A stretch of DNA of 40,581 bases, from the NCBI GenBank assembly GCA_009776745.1, contig WRNH01000009.1, positions 1 to 40,581 on the forward strand, given 5' to 3'. The position numbers and the translations under genes were made by a program. Numbering within the stretch: position 1 is the stretch's first letter; every line of letters starts with the position of its first letter. The notes beneath the pieces are model-generated. The model ran no database searches. It was given only the letters and a program-made list of their open reading frames with translations, and was not told the DNA's origin. The stretch is from Endomicrobiia bacterium (GTDB lineage Bacteria; Elusimicrobiota; Endomicrobiia; Endomicrobiales; Endomicrobiaceae). Shown piece by piece: positions 18,091 through 26,489 of the stretch.

Positions 18091-18684
18091 CTAGTTCTTG
18101 TACTCCCTTAAAAGGTATATTAATTTCCCCAGTATTTTATAATTTTTAGGATAGACCGGAGGGTATGCCATATTTGTAGACATCAGGCATACTTTGCCGT
18201 CGGTTTTACTGTAAATTTTTATTGCCGCTTCGCCGTCGATCAAAGCAACGGTGATATCGCCGTTTGCTATTTGACTGCTTTTGGATATCACGACGGTATC
18301 GCCTTCAACGATCCCCGAAGGTTCCATACTGTCTCCCCGGACTTTAAGCGCGAAACACTCCCTGCTCCTTGTTATATCGGTATTTATGTAAACATAATCC
18401 TGTACGTCTTCAACCGGTTCAAGAAATGTTCCGGCGTGAACATTGCCCAAAACGGGCACCGGCGTAAATTTCTGACGGCCGGAAATCTCTATGCCGCGGG
18501 CTACGGATCCTTTTTTACTCAAATATCCTTTTCTCTCTAAAATTTTTAAATACTTTTGCACGGGCGCTATCGTGATACTGAATTTTGCCGCGATCTCTCT
18601 TATCGTCGGCATTGTGCCGTTTTCAAGATAAAATTCTTCAATAAAATCCATGACTGTCTGCTGTTTTTCCGTAAGTTTTTCCAT
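18091..18684 (-). CDS. lexA: LexA repressor (S24 peptidase)
   Basis: N-terminal wHTH (LTEKQQTVMDFI..FY.ENG.MPTIREIA). The Ala-Gly cleavage site region (VHAGTF), catalytic Ser (RGDSMEP) and Lys (AAIKIY) are present. ATG at 18682-18684 with a GGAGG SD. The ORF-track start at 18759 adds 25 unlikely N-terminal residues. Confidence 0.85.
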   Translation of the reverse strand: MEKLTEKQQTVMDFIEEFYLENGTMPTIREIAAKFSITIAPVQKYLKILERKGYLSKKGSVARGIEISGRQKFTPVPVLGNVHAGTFLEPVEDVQDYVYINTDITRSRECFALKVRGDSMEPSGIVEGDTVVISKSSQIANGDITVALIDGEAAIKIYSKTDGKVCLMSTNMAYPPVYPKNYKILGKLIYLLREYKN

Positions 18685-18703
18685 TTTGCCTCCATAATAA
18701 AAG

Positions 18704-18731
18704 CTGAGAAGCTCAGGGTGTGTTGACACAC
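18704..18731. promoter_or_regulatory. Two adjacent palindromes in the lexA 5' UTR: CTGAG-AAG-CTCAG (18704-18716) and GTGTGT-TG-ACACAC (18718-18731). Candidate LexA operator(s).
   Basis: Located 20-50 nt upstream of the lexA ATG, downstream of the predicted lexA promoter. The CTGAG/CTCAG dyad also recurs at 33526-33539. Confidence 0.4.
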
Positions 18732-18786
18732 TCCGGCAACAGCAAAAAAGTCTTTTCATTTGCTCAGCTTCCCGACTTTAATTTTT

Positions 18787-18816
18787 ATTATAGCATACGC
18801 TTGTATTCCTTGTCAA
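18787..18816 (-). promoter_or_regulatory. Predicted sigma70-type promoter for lexA (-35 TTGACA, 18-nt spacer, -10 TATAAT on the minus strand)
   Basis: On the plus strand, tgtcaa is at 18811-18816 and attata at 18787-18792. The same TTGTCAA heptamer reads as a -35-like TTGTCA on the plus strand towards ogg. Confidence 0.45.
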
Positions 18817-18871
18817 CTGTTATTTTTTCTCATCTTCTCAGCTTCCTATACAAATATGCTATAATACTTTC

Positions 18872-19570
18872 ATGAAAAAAAATCCTCTGATCAAAATTGA
18901 TTTTTTAAAAACTCCGACTGACAACTCAAAAGATCTCGCGGGATTAAAGCGCTTTTGGAAAAATGCCGAACATCTCATAAACAAAAGAGAAAAACATTTT
19001 GACGACGTTTGGAAAAACGGAACCGAAGAAGAGATCTTCGCTGAACTTGTTTTCTGCCTTTTCACGCCTCAAAGCAAAGCGCTTTCATGCTGGGCTGCGG
19101 TAAATGAGCTTGCCGAAAAAAACATGATTTTTGACTCGACGGACAAACAGATAGCAAATGTGATATCCAAAGTAAGATTTAGAAACAACAAAGCAAAGTA
19201 CGTCGTGGAAGCAAGAAAATTTTTTACGATCAGCGGAAAAATGAAAATCAAAGAAAAACTTTCCTCTTTCGGCAGCATTTACGAACTCAGAGAATGGATC
19301 ATCAAAAATATAAAAGGAATAGGCTATAAAGAAGCCGGACATTTTTTGAGAAACATCGGCATAGGAAAAGATTTGGCGATTTTAGACAGACACATACTGA
19401 AAAATCTTAAAATGCTTGGCGCCATTAACGGCATCCCTAAAACGCTTTCAAAGAAAACTTATATTGAAACGGAAAAAAAGATGCAGGATTTCTGCAAGAA
19501 ATCAAAAATCCCAATGGGGCATATGGATATGCTTTTATGGTGCAAAGAATCCGGCGGAATATTTAAGTAA
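18872..19570 (+). CDS. ogg: 8-oxoguanine DNA glycosylase/AP lyase of the archaeal-type Ogg (HhH-GPD) family
   Basis: Helix-hairpin-helix GIGYKEAGHFLRNIGIG with the catalytic Lys and the downstream Asp (AILDRH). Length about 230 aa. A TATAAT at 18860-18865 ends only 6 nt before the ATG and there is no SD, so the transcript may be leaderless. Confidence 0.72.
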   Translation: MKKNPLIKIDFLKTPTDNSKDLAGLKRFWKNAEHLINKREKHFDDVWKNGTEEEIFAELVFCLFTPQSKALSCWAAVNELAEKNMIFDSTDKQIANVISKVRFRNNKAKYVVEARKFFTISGKMKIKEKLSSFGSIYELREWIIKNIKGIGYKEAGHFLRNIGIGKDLAILDRHILKNLKMLGAINGIPKTLSKKTYIETEKKMQDFCKKSKIPMGHMDMLLWCKESGGIFK

Positions 19571-19618
19571 CCGGCAAAAAAAGGACAACTTTTTGCCTCT
19601 GCAAAAACGGAGAAAAAA

Positions 19619-20137
19619 ATGGATATAAACGCATTAAAAAAAATACAGTACGGGATGTACATAATTTCATCGGCAGCCGAAGGAAAAATGAGCGCGCAGC
19701 TTTCCAATACCGTTTTTCAGATAACGGCAGACCCCGTGCAATTTGCAATAAGCATTTCAAAACAAAATTTTACTTATGAGCTTATAGAAAAATCTGGAAA
19801 GTTTGCCATTACGGCATTATCCGAAGACGCTCCCTTTGAGTTTATGGGCAAATTCGGATTTAAAAGCGGAAGAAGCATAAATAAATTTGAAAAGGTCAGC
19901 CATGAAATTTCAGCAGCGGGAATCCCTGCGGTATTAGATTTTGCGGCTGCCGTTTATGAAGCGGAAACGGTAAAAAAAATTGATATGGATACGCACGTTG
20001 TTTTTATAGGCAAAATTACCGATATGAAAATTATCGACGATTCAAAAAACGCCATGACATATGATTACTACCGCAAAGTCAAAGGCGGCCTTACAGCCAA
20101 AAACGCCCCGACTTATACAAAGACAAATAAAATATAA
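19619..20137 (+). CDS. Flavin reductase-like (FMN-binding split-barrel) domain protein
   Basis: 172 aa. Pattern YGMYIISS....AQLSNTV.QIT.DP..FAISI typical of the PF01613-type flavin reductase domain. Confidence 0.65.
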   Translation: MDINALKKIQYGMYIISSAAEGKMSAQLSNTVFQITADPVQFAISISKQNFTYELIEKSGKFAITALSEDAPFEFMGKFGFKSGRSINKFEKVSHEISAAGIPAVLDFAAAVYEAETVKKIDMDTHVVFIGKITDMKIIDDSKNAMTYDYYRKVKGGLTAKNAPTYTKTNKI

Positions 20138-20213
20138 AATATAAAAAGTAAAAAAAACGAAGCGTTTTTTGCAGTTGATATTTTATATTTTACTTTTTTA
20201 TATTTTATATTTT
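20126..20213. terminator. Bidirectional intrinsic terminator (AAAAAACG-AAG-CGTTTTTT at 20151-20170) embedded in an ~85-bp AT-rich palindrome (aaatataaaatataaaaagtaaaa ... ttttacttttttatattttatattt)
   Basis: Lies between the convergent flavin reductase gene (+) and ybaB (-). The arms are reverse complements of each other. Confidence 0.7.
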
Positions 20214-20226
20214 TTAATCCGCCGTA

Positions 20227-20523
20227 CTACATTCCGGGAATTTTCATATTTCCCATTAATTTTTTTGATTCTTCGGCCATCACATCCTGGGCTTTATCGG
20301 AAGCGGATTTAAAAGCTTCCAAGACCAGCTTTTCTATTTTTTCTTTTTTCTCTTTCAGTAAATCTTCCGGCATTTCAAAAGACTGGAATTCATTTTTCGC
20401 GTTTACCTTAATCTTTATTCCCTTGTACTCAATGTCAAGCACAATGGATTTAAGTTTTTTATCCATCTCGCTGATTTTGCTTCTCATAGACATCGCTTCT
20501 TTTGCCGCTTTAAACAGTTCCAT
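20227..20523 (-). CDS. ybaB: Nucleoid-associated protein YbaB/EbfC
   Basis: About 100 aa, with the characteristic C-terminal MGNMKIPGM and a coiled-coil core. ATG verified. Confidence 0.85.
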   Translation of the reverse strand: MELFKAAKEAMSMRSKISEMDKKLKSIVLDIEYKGIKIKVNAKNEFQSFEMPEDLLKEKKEKIEKLVLEAFKSASDKAQDVMAEESKKLMGNMKIPGM

Positions 20524-20537
20524 TTTCAGACTCTCCT

Positions 20538-20741
20538 TTAAACTTTATTATTTTTAAAATATTTTTTGTCTCTCATTATCAAAATACGCACTAAAACTGC
20601 AAGAACAAACCATATTCCGCAAAGAATATATCCTATAAGATGGCTGCTGTACTTAAAAAGCACATAAACCCCCGCAAGGCCGCAAAATGTGGAAATCAAA
20701 AACATGTTTTTATATATTTTCGCTTTTTTCCGTATGTCCAT
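20538..20741 (-). CDS. Small two-TM membrane protein (67 aa) with a basic C-terminal tail
   Basis: Hydrophobic helices FLISTFCGLAGVYVLF and IGYILCGIWFVLAVLVRILI. ATG verified. A paralog-like neighbour is at 20751-20966. Confidence 0.45.
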   Translation of the reverse strand: MDIRKKAKIYKNMFLISTFCGLAGVYVLFKYSSHLIGYILCGIWFVLAVLVRILIMRDKKYFKNNKV

Positions 20742-20750
20742 AAAACTCCT

Positions 20751-20966
20751 TTATTTTTTGTATTTTTGATTATAGCTATTCCGTTTTTTCATGTTTTTAT
20801 CAACCAATTTGTAAATAACGACATTTAAAACCAGCAAAGCTAAAGTTATCAGCATCATCTTTATATTATTGCCGCTTTTATCGGCAAGATAACTGAAAAT
20901 AAGGATCTCTGCAAAAGAAACGGCATATAAAATAAGTTTTAAAATTCTTAAAAAATCCATTTTCAT
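20751..20966 (-). CDS. Small two-TM membrane protein (71 aa) with a basic C-terminal tail
   Basis: Helices ILKLILYAVSFAEILIFSYL and MMLITLALLVLNVVIY, with a KKRNSYNQKYKK tail. ATG verified. Confidence 0.45.
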   Translation of the reverse strand: MKMDFLRILKLILYAVSFAEILIFSYLADKSGNNIKMMLITLALLVLNVVIYKLVDKNMKKRNSYNQKYKK

Positions 20967-20993
20967 TTTATTAAATCATCCGTGACATTACTG

Positions 20994-22403
20994 TTATTTC
21001 ACTATCTTCATAAGAGTTGTTCTCTGAAGCAGTGAACCTTTCTTAGACGATTCGCCTATCCTCATTGACGTGATGGCAACTCTGTTGATAAGGTATGTTT
21101 TGGATTCTTTTTCCGTTTCCTCGCCGTAGCCCCAAATCGAATGGATTATGTACGGACTGGGTCCTTCACTGCCTACATAGAGCATAATATGCCCCGGAAA
21201 ATATAAAATAGTCAATCCCGGCATGCCGTTTTTTATAATCCTCTGGGATCTGAGATACTCCGGCTCGCCTTTTTCAAAACTTCCTGCGAAAATACCCGCA
21301 GATTCTATCTGTCCGGTTGAATTTCTCGGAAGCTTTATGCCGAAACACGCAAATATCTGCCTTATAAAACTTGAACAATCCTGTTCGCCGTTCATCCCCC
21401 CCCAGCCGTAAGGAGAATTGAGATGTTTAAAAGCCTGCTGTATTACATTTCTCTGCGTATATTGCATATAACCGACGGATATATCCGAAAGATTGATATA
21501 CGCTTTCTGAAAACCCAATGTTTTATCACTCTTAGCTTTCGGGATCCTTATTTCGGCAATTTCACCCTTTATCCCCGCGATAGGCAAAGCGGTGCCCATA
21601 CTGACATAATCAAAAAACTCGGTCATGTCTTCATTTTTATAAATATCGGCTTTCGGTGAAAGTATGACGGCAAACCTGTCCCATTTTTTATAATCTTTGA
21701 TAACATCCTGCTTGCAAAAAGCTATAGTGTCCGCGTGAAGCCAGCCCTCTGCTATTTCGGATACGACATAAAACCATTCGCCGTCCAGAGAAGCATAAAG
21801 CACGGCAACAGGCGACGCCAAATCCAGCTGGGTTATCTGCATTCTGTCCAAATCCAGAGTGCCAAGGGATGAAAAAAGAGGTTCATACGAAGGCAAAGCC
21901 CTGAGCTCAGCATAACTCACCGTCATTGCAAAACGCACGTTTACGGTGGAAGCGAAAGCATTATAGCTTATATTTTTATCTAATTCGGTAAAATGATCCC
22001 TGCCTACCGGCTTATCCGAGTTTCCGTCATAATATTTTGAAAACATATTTAACATTTTTGTATGATTTGCCGCGGCGGTTCTGCGGTAAAAAATACTCTG
22101 AAAATACTGGATATCCGTCAAATATATGCTTTGTCCGCCGGTTTTCGCGTTGACGGCTTCAATTTCTTTTAAGGTAAGAATTACTTTATCGGGATCTTTG
22201 AGTTTTGAAATCCAATAGCCCGGGCTTTTCATCATTCTGTTGACATCCTGAAAAGCCGTCGGCGCCGGACAAATAGCTGTTTCTTTCGCGTCAATATTCA
22301 CATTGTTATTATGCTTTTTTTTTGACGAAGGCGGTTTTTTGGCATAAGCGAAACATGAAAAAAAACATAATGCCGCCAACGCGATAACTGCTGTCTTTTT
22401 CAT
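20994..22403 (-). CDS. Secreted NlpC/P60 (C40) family peptidase with N-terminal SH3-like domains
   Basis: Signal peptide. C-terminal catalytic region DCSSFIRQIFACFGIKLPRNSTGQ ... GHIMLYVG (Cys-His). ATG verified. Confidence 0.7.
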   Translation of the reverse strand: MKKTAVIALAALCFFSCFAYAKKPPSSKKKHNNNVNIDAKETAICPAPTAFQDVNRMMKSPGYWISKLKDPDKVILTLKEIEAVNAKTGGQSIYLTDIQYFQSIFYRRTAAANHTKMLNMFSKYYDGNSDKPVGRDHFTELDKNISYNAFASTVNVRFAMTVSYAELRALPSYEPLFSSLGTLDLDRMQITQLDLASPVAVLYASLDGEWFYVVSEIAEGWLHADTIAFCKQDVIKDYKKWDRFAVILSPKADIYKNEDMTEFFDYVSMGTALPIAGIKGEIAEIRIPKAKSDKTLGFQKAYINLSDISVGYMQYTQRNVIQQAFKHLNSPYGWGGMNGEQDCSSFIRQIFACFGIKLPRNSTGQIESAGIFAGSFEKGEPEYLRSQRIIKNGMPGLTILYFPGHIMLYVGSEGPSPYIIHSIWGYGEETEKESKTYLINRVAITSMRIGESSKKGSLLQRTTLMKIVK

Positions 22404-22429
22404 TTATACTTTATCTCCCGTTAGGATTT

Positions 22430-22810
22430 TTATCTGGCTGATGAATCAGCAGCCTTTTTAATAATCTCATTAAATTCTGCAATATCTTCATCGGACTCAA
22501 GCCATTTTACATTGCCGCTACTTTTACCGCTTGCTTCGTTAACGCCGTCTTCTTTTGCCTGCGGGATAAAAACTTTAAATTCCGTTTCAAGAATTTCAGT
22601 TTTCTTTCCGTTTTTTGTATCGCCGACTAAAGCCGTTTCCAAATCGTTTGAAGAATTTTTTGAGCCATCATCGTTCAATATTTTTTGAAATTTCTCTATA
22701 TCTTCCGAAGAATCAAGTTTTATAACGGCTTCATGACTCTGTGAATAAGCCAAGCAAAATATACCTGCGGCAAACACCGCCGCGGCAGAGACGAATATTT
22801 TTTTTATCAT
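22430..22810 (-). CDS. Small secreted hypothetical protein (126 aa) with an internal duplication
   Basis: Signal peptide MIKKIFVSAAAVFAAGIFCLAYS. Two copies of a SxEDIxxFxxIL-type module. ATG verified. Confidence 0.4.
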   Translation of the reverse strand: MIKKIFVSAAAVFAAGIFCLAYSQSHEAVIKLDSSEDIEKFQKILNDDGSKNSSNDLETALVGDTKNGKKTEILETEFKVFIPQAKEDGVNEASGKSSGNVKWLESDEDIAEFNEIIKKAADSSAR

Positions 22811-22854
22811 ATATTATTTACATCCTTTATGCATAAATACGCGCTTTAGCGTGC

Positions 22855-23796
22855 CTATATGCGCCTAAGAGTTCCCGACAATATTTCTTCAAAACCGTTT
22901 TTCGTCTTAATTATAAGATTTCCTTCTTCATTTATTCCTTTATTTACGCCTTTTATTATATCAAATCCGTTGTCAATTATTACATTTTCTTTCATAAAGG
23001 CGGTATTTTTATTATATTCTCCGGCAAATTTTTTGAAGCCGGCATTTTGAAATTCCTTATAAATTATGTCAAATTCCGTCAAGAACAGAGCCAAAAATTT
23101 TGCTCTGTCAGTACTTTTTCCCAAAATTGAATTCAAGGAAACAGCGTCGTTTAAATCTTCCGGAAGAAAATTATCCATATTTATACCGATCCCCGCGGCT
23201 GCCCAGTTTATACCGTTTTGCCCTGCGCACATTTCGATTATTATACCCGCAAGTTTCTTATATCCAAAAAGAATATCATTAGGCCACTTTACTTTTGTTT
23301 TTACGCCGTATCCGCGCCTTAAAATCCGGTTGAGCGCTATACCTGTAAGCAAAGCAAGCAAAGGGGCTTTTTCCGGAAGAATTTTAGGTTTAAGAAGCAT
23401 CGAAAACCATAAACCGCCCGCGGCGGAACTCCACGGACGCCGCATTCTGCCGTAAGCGGCTCTTTGCTCGTCCGCAATGACAATAATGCCTTCGGGTTTT
23501 CCGTTTTCGGCAAGATTTTTTAGCTTAATTTGCGTGGAATCAATTTTTTTGAAATGAAATATTTTTTTACATACGGACAGATCGCGCGGGAGACTGCTAA
23601 AAACATCTTCTTTATTGAAAACGGGCGCGTTCTTTGCAAGTCTGTAACCTTTAGACGAAGAATCAATAATAAAACCGTTATTTATCAGACTCTTTATCAT
23701 CTTATGTACCGCGTCTGCGGATATGCCTAAAATTCCGCCTATTTCGTTTCCTGAAATATATTTTTTGCCTAAAAGAAGCTTAACAATATGATGCAT
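22855..23796 (-). CDS. birA: Bifunctional biotin-protein ligase / biotin operon repressor
   Basis: N-terminal HTH (ISGNEIGGILGISADAVHKMIKSL), the BPL catalytic domain (GRMRRPWSS..GGLWFS) and a C-terminal SH3-like domain. ATG verified. Confidence 0.85.
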   Translation of the reverse strand: MHHIVKLLLGKKYISGNEIGGILGISADAVHKMIKSLINNGFIIDSSSKGYRLAKNAPVFNKEDVFSSLPRDLSVCKKIFHFKKIDSTQIKLKNLAENGKPEGIIVIADEQRAAYGRMRRPWSSAAGGLWFSMLLKPKILPEKAPLLALLTGIALNRILRRGYGVKTKVKWPNDILFGYKKLAGIIIEMCAGQNGINWAAAGIGINMDNFLPEDLNDAVSLNSILGKSTDRAKFLALFLTEFDIIYKEFQNAGFKKFAGEYNKNTAFMKENVIIDNGFDIIKGVNKGINEEGNLIIKTKNGFEEILSGTLRRI

Positions 23797-23867
23797 TTAT
23801 TACCTTTTAACGGCACAGTGTAACGGGTAATTGCGTGTTTTCTAAAAGCGAAACGCTATCCGTCTTT

Positions 23868-24713
23868 TTAACTTATCGTAGTTTCAAGCGTAATGTCCAA
23901 GGCGGGAGCAGAGTGGGTCATCATACCTACGGAAATTCTTTCTATGCCGAGTTTTGCAAATTGTTTTACCGTTTTCAAATTTATGCCTCCTGAAATTTCA
24001 ATTTCAGGCTTATAATTTCCAATTGAACTTTTTCTTATAAGGTTTATCATCTTTTTTGTATTGGCAAGACCGGTATTATCAAGCATTATTATGTCAGCTT
24101 TTGCTTCAAGAGCGTGTTTGACCTGGTCGATATTTTCGCATTCGACTTCTATAAGCATTTTTTTGTATTTTTTTCTAAGCTGGTTTACTTTTGAAGTTAA
24201 ATCTTTAGTAAGAAACAAATGATTATCTTTAATAAGAACCATATCGGAAAGCCCCATTCTGTGGTTAACTCCGCCTCCGCATCTTACGGCATACTTTGCC
24301 AAATCTCTGTATCCCGGGATTGTTTTTCTGGTATCGTAAATTTTTGTTTTGCCGTTCTTTGCGGCGGCGACAAATTCACCGGTTAAAGTAGCAATGCCCG
24401 ACAAATGCTGTAAAAAATTTAAAGCAGTCCTTTCTCCGGTCAAAATCGCGTATGCGGGACCTTCAATTTCAAGCACGTGCTCGCCTTTTTTTATTTTTGA
24501 GCCGTCATTCTTTTTTGTTTTTACTTTACACTTTTTATCTATAGATTTAAAAACTTCGGCAGAAATATCAACGCCGCACAATATGCCCGGCTTATTTGCG
24601 ATCAAAACGGCCTTAGCTTTTTTGGCGGCGGGAATTAATGACTTTGTCGTTATGTCATTAAATACTCCGTCTTCTTTTAACGCAAGCGTTATTAAATTTT
24701 TAGTATTTTTCAT
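23868..24713 (-). CDS. nadC: Nicotinate-nucleotide pyrophosphorylase (quinolinate phosphoribosyltransferase)
   Basis: 281 aa. QAPRTase motifs (DNHL ... DIIMLDN ... EISGGI). ATG verified. Confidence 0.85.
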   Translation of the reverse strand: MKNTKNLITLALKEDGVFNDITTKSLIPAAKKAKAVLIANKPGILCGVDISAEVFKSIDKKCKVKTKKNDGSKIKKGEHVLEIEGPAYAILTGERTALNFLQHLSGIATLTGEFVAAAKNGKTKIYDTRKTIPGYRDLAKYAVRCGGGVNHRMGLSDMVLIKDNHLFLTKDLTSKVNQLRKKYKKMLIEVECENIDQVKHALEAKADIIMLDNTGLANTKKMINLIRKSSIGNYKPEIEISGGINLKTVKQFAKLGIERISVGMMTHSAPALDITLETTIS

Positions 24714-24800
24714 GTTGGTTGATTGTATAAAAAAAACAAATATTTTTCAATGAGTGAGTTTGTCGGTAAATCCGCGCAGGGCAATGGCCGCGGCATGCCT

Positions 24801-25679
24801 CTATCGGGGATGATATTTTTTATGCTGCTGTTTAAGTCTGCTGTTCTCAAGATGCGTATATACCTGCGTTGTTGAAATAGAGCTGTGTCCGAGCATCTCC
24901 TGAACAAAGCGTATGTCCGCTCCGCCGGCAAGCAAATGGCTTGCGAATGAATGCCTTAAAGTGTGAGGAGTAATATTTTTATTGATGCCGGCATTTCTTG
25001 CTATATTTTTAAGCTGCCGCCAAAATTCTATACGGGATAATTTTTTTCCGAGCCTTGAAATAAAGACATTTTCTTCAACTCCGGCCGCAGGCTTTCTTTT
25101 TCTTAAATAAACGTTCAAAAAATCTTTTGCTTTTGACCCGAACGGAATCAATCTTTCTTTTGAGCCTTTCCCCAAAACCTTAAGAAAAGCGTCGTCAATA
25201 TTAATGTCGCAGAATTTCAAGTTAATTAATTCCGAGACCCTCAAGCCTGTCGCGTAAAGCAGTTCAAGCATTGCCCTGTTTCTTATATTCATTTCATCCG
25301 AGGCGGCGACAGACGTTAACAGACGTTCAACTTCGTCAAAAGAAAGCATCCCCGGCAAATCTTCCGGTATCTTGGGCGCCGCGATATAAGCCGTCGGATT
25401 ATTTTTTGCCAAATCTTCAATATTTAAAAACTTATAAAACTGTCTCAAAGATTCCATCATTCTATAAATTGAACGCGGTTTTAATCCTTCGGTTTTGATC
25501 TCCCACAAAAAATCGGTTATATCATTATGGCGCATCTTTTCAATATCAAAATTTTTCTTTTTACAGAACTCAAAAAACTTATTCAAATCCGACTTATACG
25601 CCAAAACCGTATTTTTAGACAAGCCTTTTTCGACGGTTATATAGCTGATAAAGTCATTGAATGTTTTGTTTATATCCAT
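24801..25679 (-). CDS. xerD: Tyrosine site-specific recombinase XerD/XerC
   Basis: Core-binding N-domain. The catalytic R...HTLRHSFASHLL...LGHSSISTTQVYTH tetrad region is present. The ORF-track start at 25691 is TTG. The ATG at 25677-25679 (MDINKTF) is used. Confidence 0.85.
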   Translation of the reverse strand: MDINKTFNDFISYITVEKGLSKNTVLAYKSDLNKFFEFCKKKNFDIEKMRHNDITDFLWEIKTEGLKPRSIYRMMESLRQFYKFLNIEDLAKNNPTAYIAAPKIPEDLPGMLSFDEVERLLTSVAASDEMNIRNRAMLELLYATGLRVSELINLKFCDINIDDAFLKVLGKGSKERLIPFGSKAKDFLNVYLRKRKPAAGVEENVFISRLGKKLSRIEFWRQLKNIARNAGINKNITPHTLRHSFASHLLAGGADIRFVQEMLGHSSISTTQVYTHLENSRLKQQHKKYHPR

Positions 25680-25716
25680 AGTTGGTACCAAAAAAAACGA
25701 AACAATAGCGCCGGGG

Positions 25717-25858
25717 TCTCTCTAAAAACCCATGTATGTCATTCCGGAAGGCCGTTATTGCTTTTTCCAACGATAACGGCAAACGCAGATTCCCGTTGGA
25801 ATTTACCCTCGAGTGCCTAGGGTGTGGACGGCGCGGCGCGGATGATGTTTTTAGAGAG
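25717..25858. mobile_element. MITE-like element (~142 bp) with termini TCTCTCTAAAAACC / GTTTTTAGAGAG and a different internal module (nested hairpins GCCGTTAT ... ATAACGGC and TCCAACG ... CGTTGGA)
   Basis: Same terminal inverted repeat as 17886-18010. The right terminus overlaps the last two codons and the TAA stop of the MBL-fold hydrolase gene (stop at 25851-25853). Confidence 0.65.
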
Positions 25859-26489
25859 TCCCTGTTCGCTGTTTCATATACGGATTATGCCGCAATTCGT
25901 TTGCCAGCGTAGTACGGCTTCCGTGCCCGGGATAAATAACGGTTGAAGGATCCAGGCGTTTTATTTTTTCAAGAGAATTCATAAGCTCGTCAAAGCTGCC
26001 TCCGGGAAAATCCGTGCGGCCTATTGTTCCGGCAAACAAAGTATCTCCGGTAATAAGAAACCCGTCAAACAAAAGGCAAATCCCGCCTTTTGTATGCCCT
26101 GGAGTATGAATAACTTTAAACTTTGCAAAAGAAAGCTCTACTTCCTGATTATCTTCAAGCTGTATTTCCGGAGTTCTTACGGATTCGGGATTACCGAAAA
26201 TTGCGGAGGCATTGCCGTAAGGGTCTGCAAGCATCTGAATTTCATATTTGTGCGCCGCCAAAGGAATTTTATATTTTTCCCGTATTTGCTCGTCGGAAAA
26301 AATGTGGTCGTAATGTCCGTGCGTATTTACAAGCATCTCGGGCTTTAAGCCTTTTTTTTCTATTTCGCTTATAACTTTATCGCCGTCCTCGCCGGGATCT
26401 ACAATAAGCGCTTTCAATGTGCCGATGTCGTAAACGATATAACAGTTCGCTTCTATTTGCCCTGAAATTATTTTATCCGTTTTTATCAT
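25851..26489 (-). CDS. MBL-fold metallo-hydrolase (glyoxalase II-like)
   Basis: HxHxDH motif (NTHGHYDHI) and downstream His/Asp ligands. The ATG overlaps the pgpA stop in an ATGA arrangement. Confidence 0.75.
   Translation of the reverse strand: MIKTDKIISGQIEANCYIVYDIGTLKALIVDPGEDGDKVISEIEKKGLKPEMLVNTHGHYDHIFSDEQIREKYKIPLAAHKYEIQMLADPYGNASAIFGNPESVRTPEIQLEDNQEVELSFAKFKVIHTPGHTKGGICLLFDGFLITGDTLFAGTIGRTDFPGGSFDELMNSLEKIKRLDPSTVIYPGHGSRTTLANELRHNPYMKQRTGTL

Noticed and set aside
19573-19597. Hairpin GGCAAAAA-aaggacaac-TTTTTGCC between ogg and the flavin reductase gene as a terminator
   Set aside because: No U-tract follows it (it is followed by CTCTGC), and the downstream gene starts 22 nt later. 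It is more likely a weak attenuating structure or coincidental, and is not called as a terminator.
24801-25691. XerD N-terminal extension MVPTM from the ORF track
   Set aside because: The first codon is TTG (caa on the plus strand). The ATG at 25677-25679 gives a standard XerD N-terminus.
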